This document shows positions 22,321-32,723 of a stretch of DNA of 64,000 nt, piece by piece. The stretch's first letter is position 1. Every line of letters begins with the position of its first letter. Where the stretch lies: contig NC_083230.1 of NCBI RefSeq assembly GCF_032191835.1, forward strand, positions 55,242,001 through 55,306,000. Direction: 5' to 3'. Source of the DNA: Heteronotia binoei (Eukaryota). The notes below the pieces were generated by a model, which saw only the letters and a program-made list of their open reading frames with translations, was not told where the DNA came from and made no database searches. A program made the position numbers and the translations under genes.

Positions 22321-23862
22321 CTCTGGGAGCCATCTAAAAGTCTAGACCTATGTGTCTGATTAATCCTTGAAACTGCCTTGGTTAAAATCCTACTGGGATA
22401 ACCCCTAGATTTGAATTTTTCAAAAATCCTGTCTCTCTCTTGTTCAAAATCCTGTGCCCTAGTTGAATTATGTTTGGCTCTAACCAATTGACTATAGGGT
22501 AAATTAGCTCTTAAATGTATAGAACGACAGGAACTGAAATGTAAAGGGACATTCTTATCCGTAGGTTTCCTATAAATTTTAACCGCCAAGGTTCCCTCCT
22601 CCGTCTTAAGGACACATGTATCTAAAAAGGCAATTGTCTGTTTATCCGCAATATATGTAGATTTAATGGCTGGATGTATGTTATTCATCCACTGCATTAA
22701 AAGAGCAACCACTGACTCCCGTGTGACCATTGCCATAATATCATCAATATATCTCTTAAACCAAATGATAGAACCCCAGAACGGATTAACCTCAGAGTTA
22801 GAAAAGAATTGTTCTTCCAACTCAGCCATAAACAAACAAGCTACACTGGGCGAAAAGGGACTACCCATAGATACCCCTTGCACTTGCAGAAAAAAACTGC
22901 TCCCCAAACCTGAAAAAATTATTTTCAAAAATAATATCCACCAAATCCAACAGGAAATGAGTAGGGGGTTCTTTATTAGATCTTCTATTCAAAATTGTCT
23001 CTATCAAAGCTCTTGCCTCCTCATGGGGTATGTTGGTATATAATGAGGTGACATCCATAGATATCAAAACAGCATCTGGTGGAACACGCAAACCTTCCAC
23101 CTGTGTGATAAAATCCTATGTATCCCTGATATAAGACCGAATTTTAACCACCTCCGGTTTCAGAAAAAAATCCAGATATTGACTCAAAGGTTCCATTACA
23201 GAAGCAGATGCTGACACTATAGGGCGTCCTGGCGGTGGAAAGCCGCTGTTATGAATTTTAGTACATAAAATAATGGAGTTCTCGGATACATATTGCGTAA
23301 ACACTTAGCCACCTGTTCAGAAATGTATCCTAATTCCACCAGTTCCATTACCACGATCTCAATGATCTTAGATACCCTTTTTGTAGGATCTGATAATAGA
23401 GGCTTGTAATAGCTCTCATCAGAAAGTTGTCGATGTACTTCCAGACAATAATCTTCCTTGTTCAAAATAACTATGCCTCCTCCTTTATCCGCAGGCTTTA
23501 TGACTATGTCCTTATTCGAAATCAATGAATTCAAAGCCTATCTATCTAACCTAGAAAAATTACACCAACTAGGTCTATAAGAATCCTCTAGCTGTTCTAT
23601 TCCTTTTAATACAACTTTCTCAAAGACTGATATCGAATTGTCAAAGTGAGGTGGTATAAAAGCAGACTTGATTTTAAAAGGAGCCTTCTGAGTACCAGAT
23701 GACCCCTCCAAACAAAAAAAAATCTTTCAATTTCAATTGTCTAAACATTTTATAAAGATCAATCCTAGTCTGAAAAGGATCATAGTATGGCATAGGAACA
23801 AAACCCAATCCCAAATTTAACACCTGTCTCTCTTTAGAAGACAACTCATATGAAGTTAACCA

Positions 23863-24585
23863 CTACATCCGTTTCCTCGCTCTGTTGGGGCGCCTGGACA
23901 ACAAAGAATCCCTAGGTCTATTGTTTCTCAAAAAATACTGTCTCTGGGAAGTCCTTTCATCTCCAGATGAAACCGATGATCCTTCTCCTCCTGATGTATC
24001 TGGGTCTGACCAACCATCCGCCCAGCTGACCCACTTCCTGGTATTTTTTGTTGTCCACCACTCATAAACCTGCGATTTTGCATAGTCATTCATATCCCCT
24101 TTAAACTTAACCTTAAGTTCTTTCAATTTAGTTTCAAATTGCTTTACTTTCCCAGCTATCTCCTGCAAATTAAGATCAAACGTGTTTTGAGTGGAAACTT
24201 CTTTAAGTGTGGCAATAGTCTTATCTATCTCTATTTTAGTCTTAGTCACTTCTGCTACCAAACGCTTAATAATGAACAACATTAAATCAAGTGAGCACTT
24301 ATTAAGAATAACCACCCACTGCGCCCTGAACTCATCATCCACAAACATAGCAGGGGGTTTTTGAACCCTCAAACCTCGTGGTATCATATCAGATGTACAA
24401 TAACCTCTTAAGGAGACTGCATGCAAGTTCATTCTTGTTTCTTTTTTCATCAAATAGTCCAGTGTGGTCCAATTAGTAGACTTATTACCTTGTGTAACCT
24501 CTAACGAGGACATTACTGTAGCCAGTATCTCACTCTTATCTGACTCAGAGAAAGCTAAATAATCCTTCCAAGAAGACATACTCAA
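23863..24585 (-). CDS. 240-aa upstream ORF of the Penelope-like element (coiled-coil-rich, function unknown)
   Basis: Open frame in the ORF track containing [11 protein letters not shown] and [13 protein letters not shown]. It ends overlapping the start of the pol-like frame. Confidence 0.6.
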   Translation of the reverse strand: MSMSSWKDYLAFSESDKSEILATVMSSLEVTQGNKSTNWTTLDYLMKKETRMNLHAVSLRGYCTSDMIPRGLRVQKPPAMFVDDEFRAQWVVILNKCSLDLMLFIIKRLVAEVTKTKIEIDKTIATLKEVSTQNTFDLNLQEIAGKVKQFETKLKELKVKFKGDMNDYAKSQVYEWWTTKNTRKWVSWADGWSDPDTSGGEGSSVSSGDERTSQRQYFLRNNRPRDSLLSRRPNRARKRM

Positions 24586-24611
24586 ATGAGGTTATACAAC
24601 ACAGAGAGAGT

Positions 24612-27600
24612 AACGTCTACCTGGCCGCCCTCCGCCAAATTGCAGGGAACTGCAGCTTTGACAAGCTGGATGAAGCCCTGAGAGATCGATTTGTCTGGGG
24701 CCTCCGAGACGAAAGACTGCAGCAAAAGCTCTTCACAAAGTAGGAGCTCACCCTCCAACTCACCTTCAACAAAGACACCGCATTTGAGAGAGCAACCAAA
24801 GCTTACATAACCCGAGAGTGGAAGCTGTCCACCAGGAGGAGATGGCGCCAGGCAACCCAGAGGAGGAGGAGGAGGCACACCAGCTCCGTCGCCAACCAGG
24901 AATGGGGCCAAGAGCGCCCACTTGGCCACGAGCGACAGAGAGACCAGCCAACACCAAGTGCGCCAGCTGTGGGGATCCACACGAGCGACGGGACTGTCCA
25001 TATAGCAACGTGGACTGCAGGAACTGTGGAAGAGTGGGCCAAGGCCACCCACAGATGCCATTACCCAACCACGACTTGGCCGATGCATACTTGACCCCAT
25101 CGACTAGCCTGCAGGTAAAGAACTTGCCCATCACCAGCCCCGATGAGGTCAGGGTGTCGGTCCTAATCGAGTGTGCTCCATGCCTAATGGAGCTGGATTC
25201 GGGTTCCTCCATCTCCATAATTTCAGAGGAGTCTCTAAGAAAACTTTGCCCCCGTGGCTGGCCCCGGCTGCAACCGGCTGATTTCATACTGCGGGACTTC
25301 CAAAAAAACCTTATACAGATTTTGGGTTGGGCCACTATAAGGGTAGAGTTTAAGAACTTTAAGGGCACGCTGGACATACTCGTGGTCAAACGCCAGCTCA
25401 CCACATTACTGGGGCTGACCTAGTTTTGACCGCTGGGTATTCAAATAGTGGGGGTGCAGCAGATGCGAATGCAAAATTTCGAACACATGTGCCGGGAATT
25501 TCGGGAAGTGTTTGATGGGTCCCTGGGGTGCTACAAGGGGCCTCCCATCACCTTACCCCTCAATCCCCACGTGAGACCGATAAGGCTGAAGGCCAGGCGA
25601 GTTCCGTTCGCTCTTAAACCTAAAATAGAAGAGGAGCTGGATCGCCTCACGGCCCATGGGAAACACCCATAGTCACTCCAGTGAAGCCGAATGGAAATGT
25701 GCGTATATGCGCTGACTATAAGTGCACAATAAATAAGGCACTCCAGGACAATCCATACCTCATTCCAGTGGTCAGCCACGTACTGGCAGACCTAACAGTC
25801 TCTAAGGTTTTTGGGAAACTGGACCTGGCCCAGGCATACCAGCAACTCCCAGTGGATGCCGAGACAGCAGAGGCTCAGACCATTGTGACTCACAGGGGAG
25901 CTTTTCGGGTGCAGTGGTTGCAATTTGGGGTTAGTGTGACTCCAGGGATCTTTCAGAGCATAATGGACTCTATTCTCAAAGGGATCCCTGGAGTGCAACC
26001 GTTTTTTGATGACGCTTTGATCGCCACCCCGGATGCTGAGGAGTTCAGCAGCCATCTGCGAAAGGTACTCCGCCGCTTCCAGACGGCGGGACTTAAAGTG
26101 AAGCGGGAAAAGTGTTCCCTCGGGGTGTCGAGGGTAGAGTTCTTGGGGTTTGCTGTAGACGCCGCAGGAATCCACCTGACGGCCGACAAGACCAGGGCAA
26201 TAGTCCACGCCCTGGCCACCACATCCAAGGTGGCGTTACAAAGTTGCTTGGGCTTATTAAATTTTTATCATTCATTTTTGCCCCACAAAGCGGCCATCGC
26301 AGAACTCCTTCATAGGCTCCTCGATAAAAACGGCCCGTGGGTCTGGGAAAAGAAGCAGGCCGCTGCTTTTCAGGCAGTCAAGGACCTCCTAGTTTCCAAT
26401 GATATGCTCCACCATTTTGACAAATCCCTACAAGTGATTCTGACTTGCGATGCTTCCCCATATGGGGTGGGCACTGTTCTGGGGCACCAACTCTCGGACA
26501 GGAGGGAGGTTCCCGTGGCCTATTATTAGAGGACCCTGACCCCTGCGGAGTGCAACTATGCCCAGATAGACAAGGAGGCCTTGGCAATAGTGGCGGGTGT
26601 GCATAAATTCAATGACTACTTGTACGGTAGGAGTTTAACGATTGCCACGGACCACAAGCCGCTACTGGGCCTCCTCACCCCAGACTACCAGACACCGCAA
26701 ATTCTGTCACAGTGCGTCCTGCAGTGGAACCAGTTCCTCAACTCGTACACATATGCCCTGGTCCACCACACTGGCAAAGCTATGGGATACACTGATGCCC
26801 TCAGTCACCTTCCGCTGCCCTCTATGGACCCAGATCCCGCCCCTGCCCACCATGTGATGCTTCTAGAGACTCTACCCGAGAGGCCCCTCCATGCTGCTAA
26901 GGTAGCTAGGGCCACGGGTAGAGACTGCATCCTCGCACACGTTTTAGACTGGGTGGGAAGGGGGTGGCCTGCGGGCAAACTGGACGCAGAATTCAGGGCA
27001 TTCGCATCACACAGAGATGAACTGTCCATACACAAGGGGTGCATTCTCTGGGGTAACAGGGTGGTGGTTCCCCCCCATTGCGGAAGCAAGCTCTGGAAGC
27101 CCTACACGAAACACACCCGGGGATAGTGCATATGAAGGCACGTAGCTATGTATGGTGACCGGGGATGGACGAGGAGATAGAAGGGAGGGTTAAAAGGTGC
27201 CAACCCTGCCAAGAGTTTCGGCCTGATCCGCCCAGTGCCCCTGTCCACCGCTGGGAGTCCAACAGGAGGCCGTGGTCCCAATTACACCTAGACTTTGCGG
27301 GGCCATACCAGGGCCAAATATTCTTTATTCTAGTTGATGTGTACACCAAGTGGTTGGAAGTGATTCCCATAGCTTCAACCTCCACCGCGGTGGCGTTCAG
27401 AGCCTTGCGAAGGGTCTTTTGCACTCATGGGATTCCCGAGGCCCTCGTCATGGACAATGGTACCGCTTTCACCTCCCGGGAATTCCAGGAGTTCATGAAT
27501 AGGTACCTCATCCAGCACATTCGGTCCACCCCTTTCCATCTAGCCACCAACGGCCAAGCAGAGTGCATGGTGTGCGCAACTACAGAGGCCCTGGGTCGCA

Positions 27601-28557
27601 TTGTACAGGGAGATTGGGACCACCGCCTGGCAGCCTTCCTATTTGGGAACAGAATCACCCCCAACCCCGTCACCGGGTTAAGCCCTGCCGAGTTGCTAAT
27701 GGGGAGGAAGTTGATCACTGGGTTAGACAGGTTGCATTCCAACCAGGCTACGGACCTTCGCAGTTCCCCCGAAACCAGGGAAGCCGCTAGGGGATTCTTT
27801 CCAGGGGATCCGGTATACGCAAAGAACTTTGTAAGTGGGCCGGAGTGGGTAGCCACCCGGGTGCTGCAGGTCACCGGGTCCTGATCCTACGAGGTCTCTT
27901 CGAAGGGGGGCCAGATCCTAAGGAGGCATATTGACCAGCTGCGCCGCTGCACCTTGCCAGAAGAACTGACAGCGATCGGGGGAGAGGGGAGAACTAACAG
28001 CAACACCCCCGGGAGCTACCCAGCCTATGCTGGCTGCACCAACTATGCAGGCAGAAGAGCACCACAGTGGAGGGAGTGACCCCCCAGAGAGGAGGTTCCA
28101 GAACAGCAACAAGCAGTGGACAGCCCTCTTTCGGTGTCGCCCCACCATGAGGAACCAGCCACCCCACCAGCCACAGCGGCCGCTCCAACTCCCCAAATAA
28201 CCCTGAGGAGGTCAACCCAGGAACACAGGACGCCAGCCTACTTGAAAGACTTTGTGTCTTGAGCTAAGGGGGGAGGAGTGTTGTATCTTGCATTTCAGTC
28301 CTGAAGTTACAACTCAGCAAACGCTACAGAGGTGACCAGTGGAAGTCCACTTGTCCCTGGACATAGCTCACAAATACGCTTTGCCAATCAAGATCTGCGG
28401 CAGGAAGTTTAACTGGCCAGGATTGGACCTGACCAGGCTGAGAGTTGTTCCGGGGTATGTATATAATCGGGACCCGGCCCGCGTTTCTCTCTCTTGTGCT
28501 GTACTTGCTAATAAAGCATGTTGCCTTCAACACGTCTTGTCACAGTACATTACAACA
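24612..28557 (+). mobile_element. Ty3/Gypsy LTR retrotransposon (Mag-like), 5'-truncated, degenerate, with 3' LTR
   Basis: gag: [16 protein letters not shown] and zinc knuckles CASCGDPHERRDC, CRNCGRVG. Protease: LDSGSSISII. RT: RICADYK, LDLAQAYQQL, FFDDALI. RNase H: CDASPYGVG, DHKPLL. Integrase: CQPCQ, LHLDFAGP, MDNGTAF, NGQAE. PPT at 28266-28278. Confidence 0.93.
28279..28557 (+). repeat. Gypsy 3' LTR
   Basis: Starts TGTTGTA directly after the PPT and ends TACAACA (7-bp inverted termini). TATATAA at 28460-28466 and AATAAA at 28510-28515. Confidence 0.88.
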
Positions 28558-28794
28558 GGTATCATTTCTCCTGGAGAAAATGGCTACTTTGGAGGGTGGT
28601 CTCTGTGGAATTATAACTCACTGAACTCTCTCCTCTCCCTCCTCACTCAAACCATAAAATCTCCAGAAATTTCCCAATCTGCTGTGGGCAACCCTGTAAC
28701 CCTATTCAAACACGATGTTTCCTCCAGCATAGCCATGTATACATGGGATTTCTGAAAAGCTGTTGTCTCTGCACAGCTTTATACAACTTGAGAG

Positions 28795-29070
28795 CCAGTT
28801 TGGTGTAGTGGTTAAGTGTGTGGACTTTTATCTGGAAGAACCGGGTTTGATTCTTCACTCCTTCACTTGCAGCTGCTGGAATGGCCTTGGGTCAGCCATA
28901 GCTCTCGCAGGAGTTGTCCTTGAAAGGGCAGCTTCTGTGAAAGCTCTCTCAGTCTCACCCACCTCACAGGGTGTCTGTTGTGGGGGAAGAAAATAAAGGA
29001 GATTGTAAGCTGCTCTGAGTCTCTGATTCAGAAGGGCAGGGTATAAATCTGCAATTTTTCTTCTAATCTG
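28795..29070 (+). mobile_element. MIR/Ther1-like L2-tailed SINE
   Basis: Same family as 7671-7955, with candidate TSD TTGAGAG at 28788-28794 / 29071-29077. Confidence 0.85.
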
Positions 29071-29104
29071 TTGAGAGAAGTTTTAATTTCATTATAGAAG
29101 TATC

Positions 29105-29783
29105 CAGCACTGCCCCGTGGGTGTGTTGCGCCCTAGGCAGGTACCCCCCCGCTGCCCCCCCCACGGCACTGCAATGCAGCGCAGTGCTCCATCCCACCCC
29201 CCATGCCTCGTCGAGCCAAGACGAAGTCCCCGCCTATCCCTCCTCCTCCTCCCCTCCCATTCGCATCCTGTTCATCTGCTGCACACACAATTGCTGCACC
29301 GGGGCCCTGTGAGCCCCAATGCAGCATATAGCTTATCTTCAGAAGCCTATTTTTCTAAAGATAAGATGCACACTGTGTCGGGGCTCTCAGAGCCCTGCTG
29401 CAATGCTGTGATTGCACGAGCGGTGACGGGAGGGGATGGGAGGGGAGGGAGGAGGAGGGGGCAGGTGCCGCACCTTGGTGCAATATGAGGGGGTGGGATG
29501 GAGCACTGCGAGGCCTCTGCACAGCGCACTGTGATCATGCGGGTGGGGCAGCGATGGAAAGAGAAGGGAGGAGAGGACAGGTGGGCACCATGCCTCGGCA
29601 CGGGGGGGGGACGGAGCATGGTGGGGGGAAGGAAAAGGAGGGGTGGCAGGTGTGCATGGGGGTGAAGGAGGCAAGCAAACTAGGTGCTTGCCTGGGGTAC
29701 TGCAGGGGAGCCCAATTTGGCACCCCCACCCTCCTGGCGCCCTAGGCAACTGCCTAGTTTGCCTAGTGGGTGAGCTGGCCCTG
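29105..29783. mobile_element. Non-autonomous hAT element
   Basis: Ends CAGCACTGCC...GCTGGCCCTG with a perfect 8-bp TSD GAAGTATC at 29097-29104 / 29784-29791. Confidence 0.85.
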
Positions 29784-30719
29784 GAAGTATCTCTAATATA
29801 ACAGGCACTTCAGAGACATGCTGAAGAAAGGACTGTGCCAGTAGATTACTTTCTGACAAAGGCATGAGATGCCCCATTTCTCATGCTGGCAAACACTTCC
29901 TCCAGCAGTGGTGTGTACAGGCTTGTCCTTGCATGAAGGGCCCTTTTCACTTCAGTGGCCTTTGTGCTGAAAATTGAGTGGGAAACATACCTTTTTCTTA
30001 GGCCAAGCCTTTGGTTTACTAGCTGTACATTATTCCAGTGCAGACATGGAATACTGGGCAAGAGGAAAGAGAGATCAATCAGCAGTGCGGTGCAGCTCAT
30101 TCAAGGGTTTCTAAAGAGCCAGATCAGAACACTGGTAACCCAAAGAAGCAGGCAATAAGTTGCCTTCCTGCTAAGTTATCAGACAGAGAAGGTATCTTAC
30201 AAAACGCTCTGGAGAATGCAGCTTAGAATTTTCACAAGCTTATGAATAGGAGATCCGGTCGCAATAAAGCCACATGCTCAACAACACAGCTGTTGTCACT
30301 GAACATAGCTGTAACCTGAGATAGCAAAGAACGGAGAATAATCAACAGGTGGTATTTACAGCTTGTTGAATAATCACTTGAACTTCTGTTGCCTTTCAGA
30401 GCTGTGAAGCTCTATTGCAATCTCAAATCCAAAGTATTTAAAGTAAGTACTTACAGTTAAGCTGGTGAGTACTCCCCGTTAAGTCAATGGAATATTTCAC
30501 ATACTTAGTAAAATGAGATAATTGTGCTTAGAATGGGTTTCTGCTATCTTAAAGGCAGGGCATATGCTTTACATGGATAACATCCTAGATTCAGTCCTGA
30601 GCATGTCCATATGTGTGTGTATGTGTTAATTGCTGTGATGTCACTTCCGATTTATGGCAACTGTATGAATTAATAACCTCCAAAACATTTTGTTGTCAAC
30701 AGCCTTACTGAGGGCTTGC

Positions 30720-31852
30720 AAACTGATGGCTCTTTTCCTGCTGCCTTCAACTTTTCCTAGCAATATTGCCTTTTCCATTGACTCTTGACTTCTCATGATG
30801 TGACCAAAGTACAATAACCTCTAGGGAGAGTTCAGAATTTATTTGATCTCGAACCTATCTTTTTTTGGCAGTCCACAGTATTTGTAAAACTCATCAAACA
30901 TCACATTCAAAATGAATCAATTTTTTTCCTGCCAGCTTTCTTTATTGTCCAACTTTCTCACCCATACATAGTAATGGGGAATATAGTGGTATGGATTATC
31001 TTGATTGCCAGCAACACATCTTTACACTTAAGAGTCTTTTCTAACTCCTTCATGACTGCCTTTCCCAGTCTCAATCTCCTTCTGATTTCTTGGGTGTAGT
31101 CTCCCTTTTGGTTGATGATGGAGCCAAGCAGGCCTTGGATTCAGCAGGAGCTCACAGGAGCACAGCTCCTGAACCTTTCTGACAGTTCCACCTCCTCCTT
31201 CCCACCTTGTCCATTGAACAGTAGGTGCAGCTGCATAACAATCCCTGGATGACCTCCACCACTTTTTTCCCTACAAAACGACCCCTGGACCCAAGGAATA
31301 AAAAATCCTGAACAATTTCCATTTCTTAATCATCAACCTTCAAGTTGCGTAATTCCCCAGTGGTCATTACTTTTATCTTCTTGATGTTCAGCTTTAATCC
31401 TGCTTTGGCACTTTCTGCTTTAAACTTTATCAGTAGTTATTTCAAGTCTTCACAATTTTCTGCCACTAATTTGGTGTCATCAGCATATCTCACTTTGTTA
31501 TTGTTCCTTCCACCAAATTTCACTTAATCTTTATCTAAATTGAATCCAGCTTTCCTCATGATATATTCTTCATATAGATTGAACAGAGGGAGAGAAAAAT
31601 AAATCCTTGTCTTTGAAGGAATCTTTCATCTTTTCTGTGTAGTTCTTCTGTATATTTTCCCCGACTTTTCTTACTTTTGTCCTGCTCTGTTATTGTATTT
31701 CCATGACTAACTGGTTTAAATTTTCTCTTGATTTCTTGGATCTTGTGGAACAGACATTTTGTTCTTCCGTTCTTGTTCTCTTCTAGTTCTTTACACTGAA
31801 TATTACACTAGTTCTCTTTGTGTTTACATGCAAGTCTCTGGAAAATTGCAAT
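30720..31852 (-). mobile_element. RTE (BovB-like) LINE, 3' part
   Basis: The minus strand encodes AIFQRLACKHKEN..QCKELEEN, RQGF..SPSLFNLY, RYADDTKL and GLKLNIKKIKVM. Confidence 0.8.
31129..31287. mobile_element. hAT MITE nested in the RTE LINE
   Basis: Ends CAGGCC...GACCCCTG with TSD GAGCCAAG / GACCCAAG (7/8 match). Confidence 0.75.
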
Positions 31853-32642
31853 TTTTAACTTTAAAAAAACTTTATAGAAACCAAACAAATCAATATACAA
31901 TTATTTAGAAGCAAAAATAAAAATGCACAAGATAATCTTCAAAAGAATTTATAAAATCCATACAATACTGTACTAACATATCACATATATTTCTTAACCT
32001 ATATAACTTTGGAGGATTGAAATTAATATATCATAGAAGCAGAATAAGGGTGTAGTGTAGATATACAGAAAGAAAGTGTTGAAAAGGGTGAGATTTCTAA
32101 TCATAATCCAAAATCAGTAACCTTTTATCTAACAGGGTGGAGGTGGTAGTGACAGAGTCAGGTCTAGAGATAGAGTCCAATATTTTGTCAAATAAAATTA
32201 GTTCCCAAACCTTTGCTCTCCACTGGTCCAAAGACGGAATGGTGGTAGTTTTCCAATACTGAGCCATCAAGATATTTGCAGTCATTAAAAGGGATGTTAT
32301 CAACTCCTGTCTGATTTTGGGAATATTGGAACATTCCCCAAAATCTAACAAAACTAGTTTTGGGTCAAGTGGGATGCTATAGTTGGTGAGTAATTTAATT
32401 AGTTCAATTATGTCATTCCAAAATTTACAAGTGTGTTTACAGGACCACCAACAATGCTTGAGAGATCCAGGCTCTCCACATGCTTTCTGACAAAGGGGAG
32501 AAGAAGAGTAGTGAATATGAGACAGACGGCTAGGAGTCTAGTGCCATCTGGTAAGTAGTTTGTGTGACAATAGCTGAATGTTTATAACTTTAGATTTTAA
32601 AACAGAAGATTCCCATATCTTGTGCCAGGGTTCTTCAAGAAT

Positions 32643-32645
<3 letters not shown>

Positions 32646-32722
<77 letters not shown>
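32646..32722. repeat. (AAT)n microsatellite forming the L2 tail
   Basis: About 25 AAT units directly abut the L2 3'UTR motif. Confidence 0.95.

Positions 32723-32723
<1 letters not shown>

Larger units (their letters stand above)
21344..23860 (-). pseudogene. PLE RT-GIY-YIG polyprotein, multiple frameshifts
   Basis: Pieces lie in ORFs 23217-23534, 23116-23304, 22861-23100, 22314-22928, 21650-22141 (part), 21480-21770 and 21344-21550. Confidence 0.88.
21130..24610 (-). mobile_element. Penelope-like element (Neptune-type), degenerate; 3' boundary approximate
   Basis: RT motifs IKPADKGGGIV, PPGRPIVS, YIRDT, SMDVTSLYTNIP, QGVSMGSPFSP, RYIDDI, FLDT, YRKPT. Cys linker CGACGAC. GIY-YIG endonuclease YVILCPCKKLYLGSTTR..EHKS and C-terminal FKLGTMFPRGLN. 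Confidence 0.9.
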
